Shown: positions 23,801 through 33,008 of the stretch, in pieces
Layout: each line of letters starts with the position of its first letter
Numbering within the stretch: position 1 is the stretch's first letter
From: an uncultured Gammaproteobacteria bacterium
GTDB taxonomy: Bacteria > Pseudomonadota > Gammaproteobacteria > SZUA-229
Length of the DNA: 64,000 nt
Reading direction: 5' to 3'
NCBI GenBank assembly: GCA_963721085.1
Contig: CAVRHW010000004.1
Coordinates: forward strand, 51,744 to 115,743
Position numbers and translations under genes: made by a program
The notes under the pieces: model-generated
What the model was told of the DNA's origin: nothing
What the model saw: the letters and a program-made list of their open reading frames with translations, nothing else
Database searches by the model: none

Positions 23801-25888
23801 ATTAGAAGCTTCGCCTTCGACACCAAACCCGCTGACTGCACTCACCCGATAAAATTCTTTCGCGGGCTTATCCTTGTGCTCTACCTGCGCTTCAGTTCCA
23901 CCAACGTCAGTAATATATTTGAACGGTCCTGTTTTGCTATCAGAGCCGTATACCTTGTAGCGACTGATATAACTACCTGGTACTCTTTGCCACAACAGAC
24001 TGGTTTTATCGATGGAACCCCTGACAACCAGGCCACCGAGCCGCGCAGGCAATTGCATGTATTTATAATTAATCAGCGTCTGCTTTTCTTTGTCGAACAC
24101 ACTGACCACTGTTTTATGCTCGGGCGCTACCGAAAGTGCTACGGGCTCATCCATACCTGTCGACTGATCATTACTGGCACCGAATGAAATAACTTTTTTA
24201 GGGCCGCTATATACCTGTACCGAGGTTTTATTGCCTGGCACTGCTGCCAGAATGTAAAGGTTATTATCAGCGTCGATTGCAATATCGTAGATATCTTCGA
24301 ACAAAGGTTTGTCATCGCTGCCGCCGATTTTGTATAGCAGCTGATGATCAGGACCAAATACCAGCACATGCTTCTGTTCTTTATCCAGCACATACATATC
24401 CTTATTAGCATCCACCACCACGCGTGTCGGCTCACTGAATATCGCCGGCTTATCATCACCGGGATTACTCACGCTGTTGAGAAAAATGCCGTCTTTGGAA
24501 AAAATCTGGATGCGGCTGTTACCCGTGTCTGCAACATATATTTTATTGCGTCCCATAAAAACACCGCGCGGCGAATCAAACTGGCCAACAGCACTGCCCG
24601 AACCACCCACCTTGTATCGCAGATCACCATCGAGACGATAAATTTTGAGTTCCGAACCATCGAGGATAGCGACATTTTGATCATTGACCGAAGCTGCAAT
24701 CAGATTTGAAAATTTTCCCTGGAACGCTGTTTCAGCACGCCCGGAAGCATTAAAGGTCCCGACCTTATTATTATCAGCATCCAGACACAGAATACTGCCG
24801 CCAGTGAGACGATAGGCTTTGTTACATTTCAGATGCGTACTACGATCAAAACCAACCGTGGGCAGGCGTGTCTGCTCGAGCTCTGCTCGTTTAGCAGGTG
24901 GAAGCTGATAGACATCTATTTTCTTATTACCGCTATCGGCCACCGCCAGCTTGTCGCCTGGCATGACAGCCAGGGCCGTAATGTTTTTAAACTGGCCACG
25001 CTGTTCTCCCTTGCTCCCGAAAGATGTCAGCACCCGCCCCGCTTCCCAGTCGATCTGATAAACACGGCCATTTCTGTTGTCAGCCACATATAACAGTCCT
25101 GTATCATCGATGGTGATCGCTCCGACTTCAGGGGCTTTGCTGCTGGTGATTTTTTTCAGCATATCTGCATTCAGGCGTTTCAACAGCCTGCCTGTGTGAT
25201 CAAACACGGTGATCACACCATCATCGTGGTCCTCGAGCACATATATTCGTTCCTGCGGATCGACAAACACCTGCGTGGGGTGCTGCAACGCCTGGCCCTG
25301 TGGCATGTTTTTGTCACCAATGCTGCGTATAAACACGCCGTCATCACCGAACACTGATATTCGATTATTATCACTATCGGCCACATAAAGATGGCGATTA
25401 GAGCTCCAGGCGATGCCCATGGGGTCACTCAGCTCGCCCTGCGCACTGCCTTCACCCGCCACCAGGCCCAGTTTTTTACCAGCGCTATCGATGATAATGA
25501 CATCATCATCACCGGAATTAGATACCAGAAATTTGCCATCACCCAGGCTGGCGAACCCTTGAACATGTTCGGATTTGAATGCCTTGCTGGAGCCTTCGCC
25601 TGCGAGCAAATGGCTGGTCACTGAATCTGATTTAAACGTGGTCAGACTGCCGCGTTCTCTATCCAGTACCAGCAGGTCACCTTGTGCATCGGAAAACATG
25701 GCTGCGACGGACTGTATTTTTCCATCATCAGAACTCTTGATAGTATGACCCAGTGATACCACTGCACTGGCAGGTGTACTGATGATAAGCGCCAGACAGA
25801 GGCCGAAAATGATGCGTAAGGATATATATGTGGAACTAGGCAGGCTCAAAGCAAAACTCCTGAAATGGTGTTGGGCAACCACAGGCAC
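20852..25888 (-). CDS. Giant secreted multidomain protein (1678 aa): NHL-repeat beta-propeller(s), a TPR array, a transglutaminase-like cysteine-protease core, then C-terminal TPRs
   Basis: N-terminal hydrophobic signal. Repeated NHL-like blades (LYVADSDNNRISVF, IYVADTGNSRIQIF). More than 15 TPR units. Transglutaminase-like core SGDCDDLSVLMSASLENLGIETAI...PGHLLMMF...VWVPVEAT with Cys/His/acidic residues. Confidence 0.7.
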   Translation of the reverse strand: MPVVAQHHFRSFALSLPSSTYISLRIIFGLCLALIISTPASAVVSLGHTIKSSDDGKIQSVAAMFSDAQGDLLVLDRERGSLTTFKSDSVTSHLLAGEGSSKAFKSEHVQGFASLGDGKFLVSNSGDDDVIIIDSAGKKLGLVAGEGSAQGELSDPMGIAWSSNRHLYVADSDNNRISVFGDDGVFIRSIGDKNMPQGQALQHPTQVFVDPQERIYVLEDHDDGVITVFDHTGRLLKRLNADMLKKITSSKAPEVGAITIDDTGLLYVADNRNGRVYQIDWEAGRVLTSFGSKGEQRGQFKNITALAVMPGDKLAVADSGNKKIDVYQLPPAKRAELEQTRLPTVGFDRSTHLKCNKAYRLTGGSILCLDADNNKVGTFNASGRAETAFQGKFSNLIAASVNDQNVAILDGSELKIYRLDGDLRYKVGGSGSAVGQFDSPRGVFMGRNKIYVADTGNSRIQIFSKDGIFLNSVSNPGDDKPAIFSEPTRVVVDANKDMYVLDKEQKHVLVFGPDHQLLYKIGGSDDKPLFEDIYDIAIDADNNLYILAAVPGNKTSVQVYSGPKKVISFGASNDQSTGMDEPVALSVAPEHKTVVSVFDKEKQTLINYKYMQLPARLGGLVVRGSIDKTSLLWQRVPGSYISRYKVYGSDSKTGPFKYITDVGGTEAQVEHKDKPAKEFYRVSAVSGFGVEGEASNIREDIFQVGYALFADKKYDDAMVAFKKAYDEDHNNGALLKYLGQTSMQLGQVQEAVEYFRELTQMPGYEAEGRNLQVKALVAVKDYVAAKAVIDRAIADNTASVDTIVYCGELSMKLDDAIGAVNCLETALKKQPDNIKAHFLMGQAYVKLGIIDKGLKEFKTAVSLDPKNAEVWYQNGNLLEGMGKHDEAIVSLKKAVELKPDYSDAQLALARVHFELKHYDEVRTIAIRLAGQKATEAEGDYLLGITSLAANKNGEALLALNKATRADANYTAAWLALADTYIRMKQTDKVRPALVSANKADANSFVAAQRLGLLDYEAGDYAKAAQSLEHAAVLKPDDYDTQYKLADAEYHNGNYKQADAAASSAVRLKPDAWEPLLLQANIANRQGKNGKAIGLVKEAMAKQPDSAVLTTRLGDLYSENSMFDLAKTTLEKASLLDPTSAKPFVLLGALYMHTRSYDDAIAALDKAVSIDATPANKLALDTAYAEKKKSLEFKSNAPHIVFEEVKLNRVFSAAYKQYADKPVGTVVIKNSGAQDYGNLKLTFAIKGYMDYPTTIDIPELKANSQQSIELNASFNNKILDIDEDTGVQAEIALNYIRDGQNDAVTITQPMTIYGKNAIVWGESDMVGSFVTPKDNVLSDFVRTAINENKPRDRIINNSLLTAMTLFDVFGAHGIRYEADPNTPYSKLSDTSVDYVQFGRETLKVKSGDCDDLSVLMSASLENLGIETAILDVPGHLLMMFNTGLPEAKRSQISLDDDLLALRDGMVWVPVEATMIGQSFAEAWAEGARKYHKYEASHQLKVTTLAQAWKEYKPVTLKPAAYTLTVPPTSLVEPVVTREKNILLEKTLDRMVSPYRTMANLDPSNIKARMQIAIIYARYGLYEKAEHELDEIQKIEPDNSAVQNNRGNIYFSKGDYERALENYSYAEKLDSNDAGIKMNLSMAYYKQGNLQQASEKYAEAKVIDATVSKKYEAYAKLLSK

Positions 25889-26027
25889 GACTTACCGAGG
25901 AATGGTCAGTATAAATCAAGCATCGGGGTCACACTATGAGTGAAGCAGGATTTTTCAGACTTGCGTGATCTCGCGCACATATTTTGTCAGAAACAGCGGT
26001 ATTTCAGCGACGACTGGCAGTTACACT

Positions 26028-26951
26028 TTAAAGCTCAACGCCCTGCAATGGCTCAAATCGCTGTGCTTCACTCAGCACGAACTGTTTGAATGCGATCGCA
26101 GCGGGCGACAATCGCTTGCCTTTGCGCTGGATCATGTACCAGTGGCGCCTGATCGGGAAATCGACGACATCGAGTATCTTCAGGCGCCCGGTCTCCAGCT
26201 CGAGCTCGAGCGTATGGCTGGACACGATACCCAGACCCAGTCCAGCCTCTACCGCCTGCTTGATGGCCTCGTTACTGGTCATTTCGATCGCGGTATGAAA
26301 AGCCACCCCGTGCTGTTCGAAAAACCGTTGTGTTGCGCCGCGTGTACCCGAACCCGGCTCACGCACGACAAAATTTTCCTGCTCAAACTCGTTCAGCGGT
26401 ATGGCCTTGCGCTTTGCCAGGGGATGAGAGGGCGAGGCAATCACCACCAGCGGGTTCTCCATAAAAGCCGTGGCCTCGACTTCGACACCTTCCGGTGGCT
26501 GACCCATGATCACCAGGTCTGGCTCATTATTTTCCAGCTGCTTGCGCAGTACTTCTCGATTGGTGATGTCGAGGCTGATAATGATGCCAGCGTGCTGCTT
26601 GGAGAACTCGGCCAGCAGCCGGGTAGCAAAATGGCTGGCCGTGGTGGCCACTGAGAGAGCCAATGTACCTCGTTCCACACCCTTGAAAGCTTCGAAGACT
26701 TCCTCTGCCTCGCCCAGAATATCTGCAATTTGCCGGCCGACGCTATACATATATCTACCTGCGTCGGTGAGACGGATCTTTTTGCCGACCTGCTCGAACA
26801 GTGGCAGCCCGATGCTATCTTCGAGCTGGCGGATCTGCATAGACACCGCTGGCTGGCTGAGATGCAGTTCCTCGGCAGCACGGGTATAATTTTCGTGGCG
26901 CGCCACCGCCGTGAACACTTCGATTTGTCTGAATGTCAGGTGCATGTTCAT
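26028..26951 (-). CDS. cbbR: LysR-family transcriptional regulator CbbR
   Basis: HTH FRQIEVFTAVARHENYTRAAEELHLSQPAVSMQIRQLE; divergent from cbbL. Confidence 0.85.
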   Translation of the reverse strand: MNMHLTFRQIEVFTAVARHENYTRAAEELHLSQPAVSMQIRQLEDSIGLPLFEQVGKKIRLTDAGRYMYSVGRQIADILGEAEEVFEAFKGVERGTLALSVATTASHFATRLLAEFSKQHAGIIISLDITNREVLRKQLENNEPDLVIMGQPPEGVEVEATAFMENPLVVIASPSHPLAKRKAIPLNEFEQENFVVREPGSGTRGATQRFFEQHGVAFHTAIEMTSNEAIKQAVEAGLGLGIVSSHTLELELETGRLKILDVVDFPIRRHWYMIQRKGKRLSPAAIAFKQFVLSEAQRFEPLQGVEL

Positions 26952-27148
26952 AATTATATCATAAGTATTACCTTATCATTACAATCAAAATTATTGAATT
27001 GTAATTATAGGTTGGCCTCCCTATACTTCCTCTCCACGTTGCGGCTAGCTTGAAAAACGTGAGGCAAACGGCGTTATACTGTCTGGCTCACCCGAAACTG
27101 GTGCACAACTGAATTCGTAAATTTATTTGCTCGATGGAGGCAAAGACA
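26952..27148. promoter_or_regulatory. cbbR-cbbL divergent control region with candidate LysR sites and a sigma70-like cbbL promoter
   Basis: ATAAG-N6-CTTAT dyad at 26961-26976. ATTACAAT-N15-ATTGTAAT dyad at 26978-27008. TTGAAA (27050-55) and TATACT (27075-80). SD GGAGG 8 nt before the cbbL ATG. Confidence 0.5.
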
Positions 27149-28567
27149 ATGGCTAAGACTTATAACGCGGGTGTTAAAGAATACCGCGAAACTTACTGGA
27201 TGCCAGATTACACGCCAAAAGAAACTGATATCCTGGCGTGTTTCAAGATCACCCCGCAGGACGGTGTGCCACGTGAAGAAGTAGCAGCCGCTGTTGCCGC
27301 TGAATCTTCCACCGGTACCTGGACTACTGTGTGGACTGACCTGCTGACCGACCTGGACTACTACAAAGGCCGCGCTTATGCGATCGAAGACGTTCCTGGT
27401 GATGACACCTGCTTCTACGCATTTGTCGCTTATCCAATCGACCTGTTCGAAGAAGGCTCAGTCGTTAACGTACTGACCTCACTGGTGGGTAACGTATTCG
27501 GCTTCAAGGCTCTGCGCGCACTGCGCCTGGAAGACATTCGCTTCCCGGTTGCTTATGTCATGACCTGTAATGGCCCGCCACAGGGTATTCAGGTTGAACG
27601 CGACATCATGAACAAATACGGCCGTCCTCTGCTGGGTTGTACCATCAAGCCCAAGCTGGGTCTGTCTGCTAAAAACTACGGCCGCGCCTGCTACGAAGGT
27701 CTGCGCGGTGGTCTGGACTTCACCAAAGACGACGAAAACGTCAACTCACAGCCATTCATGCGCTGGAGACACCGTTTTGACTTCGTCATGGAAGCCATCC
27801 ACAAAGCCGAAGCCGAAACTGGTGAGCGCAAAGGTCACTACCTGAACGTAACCGCACCGACTGCTGACGAAATGATGCGTCGTGCTGAATACGCCAAAGA
27901 AATCGGCGCGCCGATCATCATGCACGACTACCTGACTGGCGGCCTGTCGGCCAACACCCAGCTGGCACAGTGGTGTCAGGACAACGGTATGCTGCTGCAC
28001 ATTCACCGCGCGATGCACGCCGTGCTCGACCGCAACCCCCACCACGGTATTCACTTCCGCGTACTGACCAAGATCCTGCGTCTGTCCGGTGGTGACCACC
28101 TGCACTCAGGTACTGTGGTTGGTAAGCTGGAAGGCGACCGCGATGCGACCCTGGGCTGGATCGACACCATGCGCGATTCTTTCATCAAGGAAGATCGTTC
28201 ACGTGGTCTGTTCTTCGATCAGGACTGGGGCTCAATGCCTGGCGTTCTGCCTGTTGCTTCCGGTGGTATTCACGTATGGCACATGCCTGCACTGGTTAGC
28301 ATCTTCGGTGATGACTCAGTACTTCAGTTCGGCGGCGGCACATTAGGTCACCCATGGGGCAACGCTGCCGGTGCAGCGGCTAACCGTGTTGCGGTTGAAG
28401 CCTGTGTTGAAGCACGTAACTCAGGTCGTGAAATTGAAAAAGAAGGCAAGGACATTCTGACCAAGGCCGCCAAGAGCAGTCCTGAACTGGCTGCTGCGAT
28501 GGAAACCTGGAAAGAAATCAAGTTCGAGTTTGATACCGTTGACAAACTGGACGTAAAACATAAGTAA
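27149..28567 (+). CDS. cbbL: Ribulose-1,5-bisphosphate carboxylase/oxygenase large subunit, form I
   Basis: [17 protein letters not shown]..., [21 protein letters not shown], catalytic lysine region and C-terminus are all characteristic of the form I large subunit. Start taken at the second ATG because GGAGG sits just upstream of it. Confidence 0.95.
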   Translation: MAKTYNAGVKEYRETYWMPDYTPKETDILACFKITPQDGVPREEVAAAVAAESSTGTWTTVWTDLLTDLDYYKGRAYAIEDVPGDDTCFYAFVAYPIDLFEEGSVVNVLTSLVGNVFGFKALRALRLEDIRFPVAYVMTCNGPPQGIQVERDIMNKYGRPLLGCTIKPKLGLSAKNYGRACYEGLRGGLDFTKDDENVNSQPFMRWRHRFDFVMEAIHKAEAETGERKGHYLNVTAPTADEMMRRAEYAKEIGAPIIMHDYLTGGLSANTQLAQWCQDNGMLLHIHRAMHAVLDRNPHHGIHFRVLTKILRLSGGDHLHSGTVVGKLEGDRDATLGWIDTMRDSFIKEDRSRGLFFDQDWGSMPGVLPVASGGIHVWHMPALVSIFGDDSVLQFGGGTLGHPWGNAAGAAANRVAVEACVEARNSGREIEKEGKDILTKAAKSSPELAAAMETWKEIKFEFDTVDKLDVKHK

Positions 28568-28572
28568 CTGCT

Positions 28573-28605
28573 AACACCGGGTCGCATGTGATGCGGCCCG
28601 GTGTT
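28573..28605 (+). other. Intercistronic stem-loop between cbbL and cbbS
   Basis: AACACCGGGTCGCAT-GTG-ATGCGGCCCGGTGTT, about a 15-bp stem with one mismatch and no T-run; likely mRNA processing, stability or an attenuator element. Confidence 0.5.
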
Positions 28606-28651
28606 CAAAAACTTACTCACTACGTTTAACAAATTTTTGGAGTAAATCACA

Positions 28652-29011
28652 ATGAGTGATGTACAAGATTACAATTCAAGCCTGAGCGATGCTGCCCAGA
28701 GCCGTAAATATGAAACGTTTTCATACCTGCCACCTTTGAGCAAAGAGGCTACTCGCGCTCAGATCCAGTATATCGTTGATAAAGGCTGGAACCCGGGTAT
28801 TGAACACACTGAACCAGAAAATGCTTTTCAGAATTACTGGTACATGTGGAAACTGCCTATGTTCGGTGAAACCGACGTAGATGCGATTCTTGCGGAACTG
28901 GAAGCCTGTCACAAAGCACATCCAAAGAACCACGTGCGCCTGATGGGTTTTGACAATTTCGCACAGTCTGCGGGTACTGCTATGGTTGTTTATCGCGGCG
29001 TCTCTGTTTAA
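28652..29011 (+). CDS. cbbS: RuBisCO small subunit
   Basis: 119 aa with [11 protein letters not shown] and [10 protein letters not shown] motifs. Confidence 0.95.
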   Translation: MSDVQDYNSSLSDAAQSRKYETFSYLPPLSKEATRAQIQYIVDKGWNPGIEHTEPENAFQNYWYMWKLPMFGETDVDAILAELEACHKAHPKNHVRLMGFDNFAQSAGTAMVVYRGVSV

Positions 29012-29036
29012 AAGACGGCTTGATAAACCATAAAAT

Positions 29037-29076
29037 CAAGCCCCTGCCCGGACGCTTTCGGTCAGGGGCTTTTTTA
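29037..29076 (+). terminator. Rho-independent terminator after cbbS
   Basis: AAGCCCCTG...CAGGGGCTT stem followed by TTTTTT. Confidence 0.6.
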
Positions 29077-29095
29077 ACTCCGGAATGAAATCATA

Positions 29096-29407
29096 ATGGC
29101 AAAACCAGATAGATACGTAGGCATTAATAATGAAGTCAATGGCGGTATGACCACCATCGGCAAGATCATACGTGACGCCTGGTTATTTGGACTGATTCCC
29201 GAAACCGAAACCTGCGAAAACTGGAATTTTGCGGGCATCGACGCTTTGTTGCAAAAAGTAAACAAAGAGTGGGACAAGTACGGTTGCCTGGTCAGTCGCC
29301 TGCCGCCGGACCTGTTTGAACGTCACCAGGAAATTTACCGCGTAGCAGTTAAAAAAGCACGCGCCGCCGGCTGGAGTGGTGAGCAGGAAACTGAAGACGA
29401 AAAATAG
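29096..29407 (+). CDS. Hypothetical 103-aa protein encoded inside the cbb operon, between cbbS and cbbQ
   Basis: Intact ORF in the sense orientation (MAKPDRYVGINNEV...EQETEDEK) with an acidic C-terminus and no family I can name. Confidence 0.5.
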   Translation: MAKPDRYVGINNEVNGGMTTIGKIIRDAWLFGLIPETETCENWNFAGIDALLQKVNKEWDKYGCLVSRLPPDLFERHQEIYRVAVKKARAAGWSGEQETEDEK

Positions 29408-29433
29408 TGATCATAAAATATAGAAACCACAGT

Positions 29434-29548
29434 CCACAGATGAACGCAGATAATTGCGGATAACAGCTTTACAGCAAATATAGTTTGAGCTGAAACATAA
29501 ACACCAAATCAGTTTTATCTGTTTTCATCTGTGGATGTAGCATTTTTT
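29434..29548 (+). repeat. Palindromic element copy 1: 20-bp inverted repeats around a ~60-nt loop, followed by a T-run
   Basis: CCACAGATGAACGCAGATAA (29434-53) and its complement TTATCTGTTTTCATCTGTGG (29515-34), 18/20 complementary, then ttttttatttt. Confidence 0.6.
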
Positions 29549-29600
29549 ATTTTCGAACCATTGTTTTGATACAAAATTAACTTCATGAAAAAGGTGTGTC

Positions 29601-30416
29601 ATGTCAGAAAACACAGTAGATCCACAACAGTACATCATTAAGAACGAGCCCTATTACGAGGCCGTAGGCAACGAGATAGCGCTCTATGAAGCCGCATACA
29701 ATGCGCGCATGCCGATGATGCTCAAAGGCCCGACCGGCTGTGGTAAATCTCGCTTTGTTGAATACATGGCGTACAAACTCAAACGTCCGTTAATTACGGT
29801 TGCCTGTAACGAAGACATGACCGCCTCCGACCTGGTCGGCCGTTTTCTGCTGGATAAGGACGGCACCAAATGGCAGGACGGGCCTTTGACGACCGCAGCT
29901 CGCATCGGCGCGATCTGCTATCTCGACGAAGTGGTCGAAGCACGTCAGGACACCACGGTGGTCATCCATCCGCTGACCGACCATCGCCGCTCTTTACCCC
30001 TGGATAAAAAAGGCGAACTGATCGAGGCACACAAAGATTTTCAGCTGGTGATTTCCTACAACCCGGGTTATCAAAGCCTGATGAAAGACCTGAAGCAGTC
30101 AACCAAACAACGTTTTGGTGCGCTCGATTTCGATTACCCCACTGAAGATATCGAAGTCGCGATCGTCTCGAAAGAGTCTGGCGTGGATAAAGCTATCGCA
30201 GAAAAACTGGTACAAATTTCTCACCGCGCGCGCAACCTTAAAGGTCACGGCCTGGATGAAGGGATCTCGACCCGTTTGCTGGTCTACGCAGGCCAGCTCA
30301 TCAGTAAAGGCGTTGACCCGAAAGCTGCCTGCAGCATGACCATGGTGACCCCGCTGACCGACGATCCGGATATGCGTGACACCCTCGACGCAGCAGTACA
30401 GACGTTTTTTGGATAA
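29601..30416 (+). CDS. cbbQ: RuBisCO activase CbbQ (MoxR-type AAA+ ATPase)
   Basis: Walker [17 protein letters not shown] and the NorQ/CbbQ family pattern; 271 aa. Confidence 0.9.
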   Translation: MSENTVDPQQYIIKNEPYYEAVGNEIALYEAAYNARMPMMLKGPTGCGKSRFVEYMAYKLKRPLITVACNEDMTASDLVGRFLLDKDGTKWQDGPLTTAARIGAICYLDEVVEARQDTTVVIHPLTDHRRSLPLDKKGELIEAHKDFQLVISYNPGYQSLMKDLKQSTKQRFGALDFDYPTEDIEVAIVSKESGVDKAIAEKLVQISHRARNLKGHGLDEGISTRLLVYAGQLISKGVDPKAACSMTMVTPLTDDPDMRDTLDAAVQTFFG

Positions 30417-30432
30417 TGCATTAAAAACATAA

Positions 30433-30590
30433 TCCGCAAATGAACGCGAATATGTATTGCGGTTATTTGTTCACCTGACCGGCATACGAACCGATTGATC
30501 TTGAGTTTATTCAAATACAAACAACCATTTTGATAAGCATTGAAAAAACTTATTTGCGTTTATTCGCGTTCATTAGCGGACTGATTTTTT
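30433..30590 (+). repeat. Palindromic element copy 2: 20-bp inverted repeats around a ~110-nt spacer, followed by a T-run
   Basis: TCCGCAAATGAACGCGAATA (30433-52) and TATTCGCGTTCATTAGCGGA (30561-80), 19/20 complementary, then tttttt. The left arm is homologous to copy 1 (ATGAACGC...ATTGCGG). Confidence 0.6.
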
Positions 30591-30600
30591 AAACAACAAT

Positions 30601-32938
30601 ATGAGCATCAAACTCGAAGATTACGAAGAATTTCTTGAGCAGGCGCCTGCCGTGCGCAGTGTACTGGAAAATATTTTCCAGGACGCCGCGCGCAGCATGT
30701 CGCCTGTCGGCCTGCAAACCTACATGGATGGCGCCAAGGCACTGTGTAAACTTGGCAGAGGCTCCGACCTGGTCATCACTTACCTGGAAGAAATGCCGCA
30801 AGTGGTAAAAGAATGCGGCGAAGACATTATTTCAGACTGTCTGACTGCAGCGATGAAATTATCGTCCATGACTTCGGGCGAAGTAATTTCGTTATTATTT
30901 AGCAGCCTGCCCTCTGTGGCGCGCAATCTCGGTGATGCCGAACTATTGCGCGGTTATCTCACTTTCATTCATCAACTGGCCTCTACTGCGGCACGCGGTC
31001 TGCGCCCGATGCTCAACCACATGGATGAACTGTTATCCAAACTGACGCTGAGCGGTCTGCGCCGCTGGGCCCAGTTTGGCGCCCAGGCCTATCGTCGCGA
31101 TTTTGCCAATTTAACTTCGTACTTCAATCTGGAATCCGCTGATTCCAAGGCCATGTTGCAAAAAGAGCGGCGTGGCGTTTTATTCAACAGGGTGCAGCGC
31201 AAACTGAATTTTTATCTGCGCGCATTGTGGGGACGCAATTTTTTCCTGCGCCCCAGTGGCGCTGACTACACCGATTTCAGACCCTACATTGAACACCGGA
31301 TACTGCACATGCCCGATGCGGTCGATGATATCGATGGCATTCCCGGTCTGGAACTGTATCGCGCCACCGCTGCGCACATGGCGGCACATATGTGTTACTC
31401 CAGCGCGCCGATATCGGCCGAGCAACTGAGCCCGGCCCAGATGTTCTTTATAGGACTGGTCGAAGATGCGCGTGTCGAATACAAGGCGGTCAAAGATTTC
31501 CCGGGGCTGAAAAAACTCTGGCATTCCCTGTTACTACTTAAACCCGAAGAAGCTGCCGAGCACCCCAGCATGCCCGTGCTCGAACATGTGGCGCTGATGC
31601 TACTGGACAACACGGTTCAATCAGAAGATGCGGAACTGAATACTTTCGCTACCAGCTTCCACGACAACATCGCAGAAAGGCAGGATGATAATCAGTTTTC
31701 CTGGCACCTGGGCCTGGATCTGTTCAATCTATTCGCTACGCGTAAAGCAGTACCCAGCCTGCGCATATTAGAGCGTATCCGCATTCCTTACCGCGATGAT
31801 AATCGCTATGTCTGGGAATTCGAAGAGTTCAACTGGGACACAGGCACCGAGTACATTCCCGCCAGTCATGCGCCAGGTACGCAAAACTGTCAGCCTGATG
31901 GAAATGATCAACGAGATCGACTGCGAACTCGCGGGCGATGATGCCCAGGAAATCTGGACCTGCGCGACCGAACTTTATCCGTACGAAGACGATCTGGAAA
32001 ACACCAAAAGCTTCAATGAAATGTGGGGCAAGGAACCGGTCTCCGATCCGTACCATTACCAGGAATGGGATTATCAGATACAACTGCATCGCCCCGACTG
32101 GGCAACCGTGTATGAACGCCGTCAGAAAAAAGGTGATCCGGACGATATCAATGAAATACTGACACAGTACAAACCGATTGCGCACCGCATTAAACAGATC
32201 ATTGATCTGTTAACCCCCGAAGGTGTGCAGCGTGTTCGCAATATGGAAGATGGCGATGAAATCGATATCAATGCCGCGGTCGATGCCATGATTTCGATCC
32301 GCATGGGCGAGCAACCCAACCCACGCATCACCATGCGCAACGTCATCAAGAGCCGTGATCTCGCTGTTGTGGTATTGATGGATTTATCAGAATCGACCAA
32401 CGAAGCTATGGCGGGCTCGGATAAAACCGTACTCGAACTCACGCGTGAAGCCGCGACCCTGGTCGCGACTGCAATCAATGGTATCGGTGATCCGTTCGCA
32501 TTGCACGGTTTTGCTTCTGACGGCCGCCACGATGTGCAGTACTACCGTTTCAAAGATTTTAGCCAGCACTTTGACGATGAAGCCAAATCACGTCTTGCCG
32601 GCATGAAAGGTGGTTTATCAACCCGCATGGGCGCAGCCTTACGTCATGCAGGCCATCAGCTACTGAAACAGCCGGAACGACGCAAACTGATTCTGCTGGT
32701 CACCGACGGTGAACCGGCCGATATCGACGAACGCGATCCACAGCATCTGCGTCACGATACCAAGAAGGCGGTGGAAGAACTGTACAGCACCGGCGTATTG
32801 ACCTACTGCCTGACGCTGGATCCCAATGCTGATGCTTACGTAAAACGCATCTTTGGTGAAAACAATTACACCATTATCGATAACGTGAATCGACTGCCAG
32901 AAAAACTGCCCACGCTGTTTGCTTCACTCACATCTTAA
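30601..32938 (+). CDS. cbbO: RuBisCO activase adaptor CbbO (C-terminal VWA domain), frameshift near 31850-31880
   Basis: Two overlapping ORFs (30601..31941 and 31796..32938) total about 780 aa, the usual CbbO size. The C-terminal fragment has a VWA/MIDAS region (VVVLMDLSEST...LVTDGEP). Confidence 0.75.
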
Positions 32939-33008
32939 ATGATAGTTGGCAGTATAATTTTGTTCTTTTAGCTTTTTACTGTCATCTGCAAACTGATGAC
33001 TGCCAACT

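Noticed and set aside
25965-26654. A 229-aa ORF on the plus strand, plus several other ORFs of 60-170 aa, lying antisense to cbbR, the giant TPR gene, mrcA, the GGDEF-EAL gene, cbbL and others
   Set aside because: Each lies entirely inside a well-supported gene on the opposite strand and has no recognisable motifs. These are typical antisense artefacts of GC-biased coding DNA.
27134-27148. The upstream ATG (MEAKT-) as the cbbL start
   Set aside because: GGAGG lies inside those codons at ideal spacing for the second ATG, and [12 protein letters not shown] matches the canonical large-subunit N-terminus.
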